Below, one piece after another: positions 34,815-35,414 of a DNA stretch of 35,414 nt (its first letter is position 1; each line of letters opens with the position of its first letter). Location: the NCBI GenBank assembly GCA_020341875.1, contig CP070839.1, positions 2,253,300 through 2,288,713 on the forward strand, read 5' to 3'. The notes under the pieces were generated by a model, which was given only the letters and a program-made list of their open reading frames with translations, had not been told where the DNA came from and did not search any database. This DNA is from Candidatus Zixiibacteriota bacterium. GTDB lineage: Bacteria; Zixibacteria; MSB-5A5; SM1-73. The translations under genes and the position numbers were made by a program.

Positions 34815-35414
34815 GTGAAGCGCACCCTGACCTTTCTCAGACCTGTAGCCGCAGCGGCAATCATGCTGTTGTTTTTCGGCAGCCTGACTCGAGCAGGCTC
34901 GGAGAGGATTCTGCGGATTCACAGCAAAGAGCCCTTGAGCGTCGAGAAAAGATCGGCATTCAAAAGCGACGTGTCGCAGAGGAACCTGCTGAGCCTGGAG
35001 AGAGAGACCCCTTACTCTCTGCCTCGCCTCTCCAAGTTAGCTCCATCGACGGCCACGACCCTGAAGGTACTGGGAATAAGGGTGGAGTTTGAGGAGGAGG
35101 TGCCGGACGATCCCCGGACCACAGGGAGCGGTCTTTTCGACATGAGAAGTCAGGACGACTTTCTTGCCGAGGAAGGACACCTAATAGATCCTTCACCCCA
35201 TCACAGCCTTTATTTTGAGAAGCACATCCTGGCACTGCACAACTACTGGTGGACAGTCTCGGAAGAGCAACTCTCACTTGAAGGAGAAGTCTTTCCGAAG
35301 GACGATAACGTGGCTTACCGGTTGCCTGAGCCGATGGTCTACTACGGCGCCCCGGATTCGTCCCTCGCGGTAAAGATAGAAATGCTCACCCGGTTCTTTC
35401 GCGACTGTTTCAAC
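34815..35414 (+). CDS. Partial CDS (5' part, runs off the window): secreted hypothetical protein
   Basis: GTG 34815 lies 6 nt after GGAG. VKRTLTFLRPVAAAAIMLLFFGSLTRAGS is signal-like. The frame stays open for 200 codons to the window end. The block LKVLGIRVEFEEE...TTGSGLFD vaguely recalls M6/InhA-like N-termini, but I cannot assign a family. Confidence 0.55.
   Translation, partial: MKRTLTFLRPVAAAAIMLLFFGSLTRAGSERILRIHSKEPLSVEKRSAFKSDVSQRNLLSLERETPYSLPRLSKLAPSTATTLKVLGIRVEFEEEVPDDPRTTGSGLFDMRSQDDFLAEEGHLIDPSPHHSLYFEKHILALHNYWWTVSEEQLSLEGEVFPKDDNVAYRLPEPMVYYGAPDSSLAVKIEMLTRFFRDCFN

Noticed and set aside
1-35414. I looked for CRISPR arrays, tRNA or rRNA genes, integrase, recombinase or reverse-transcriptase genes, and DGR-type template/variable repeats near the variable fibres.
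   Set aside because: I found no regularly spaced short direct repeats, no cloverleaf-like GTTCGAATC-type T-arm contexts, and no integrase or RT motifs (for example YxDD) in any long ORF. The only transposase-like gene is the RAYT at 23759-24232.

Overview
This 35.4-kb window appears to come from an uncultivated bacterium. The gingipain-like PorU/PorV pair with a FlgD/T9SS-type C-terminal domain, the dockerins and a Thi4-type thiazole synthase suggest an FCB-superphylum-like candidate lineage. The phylum call is inference. Housekeeping genes sit at both ends and in the middle: csp, PBP1A and an asparaginase-II-like gene on the left; an HD-domain gene, a TrpB-like gene, thi4, an M48 peptidase, leuC-like, DUF554 and a class II aldolase in the middle; porU-like and porV-like genes on the right. 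I saw no rRNA, tRNA or CRISPR array. Two accessory blocks stand out. (1) Positions 4.3-15.9 kb hold an all-minus-strand island of three paralogous cassettes. Each cassette has a near-consensus sigma70 promoter, a conserved leader of about 350-380 nt, a large secreted tail-fibre-like protein, a small secreted double-dockerin protein and a hairpin terminator. Cassette 1 also carries a C10 (streptopain-like) cysteine peptidase. The island is bracketed by the true 3' end of the asparaginase-like gene and a degenerate second copy of that same 3' end. (2) Positions 16.3-19.3 kb hold a compact RiPP-like locus. Two different radical-SAM/SPASM enzymes bracket two unannotated paralogous peptide genes of 34 and 42 aa (MMRYIVKP...C(T)RFFPILPP...). 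The locus is flanked by imperfect direct repeats of about 125 nt. Smaller items are a REP-flanked RAYT (IS200-like HUH transposase), a four-helix-bundle gene sitting where a leuD partner would be expected, and a PorV-like barrel with an insertion of about 400 aa containing propeller-like and LysM-like repeats. All family assignments come from motif recognition by eye. No database search or RNA folding was run.
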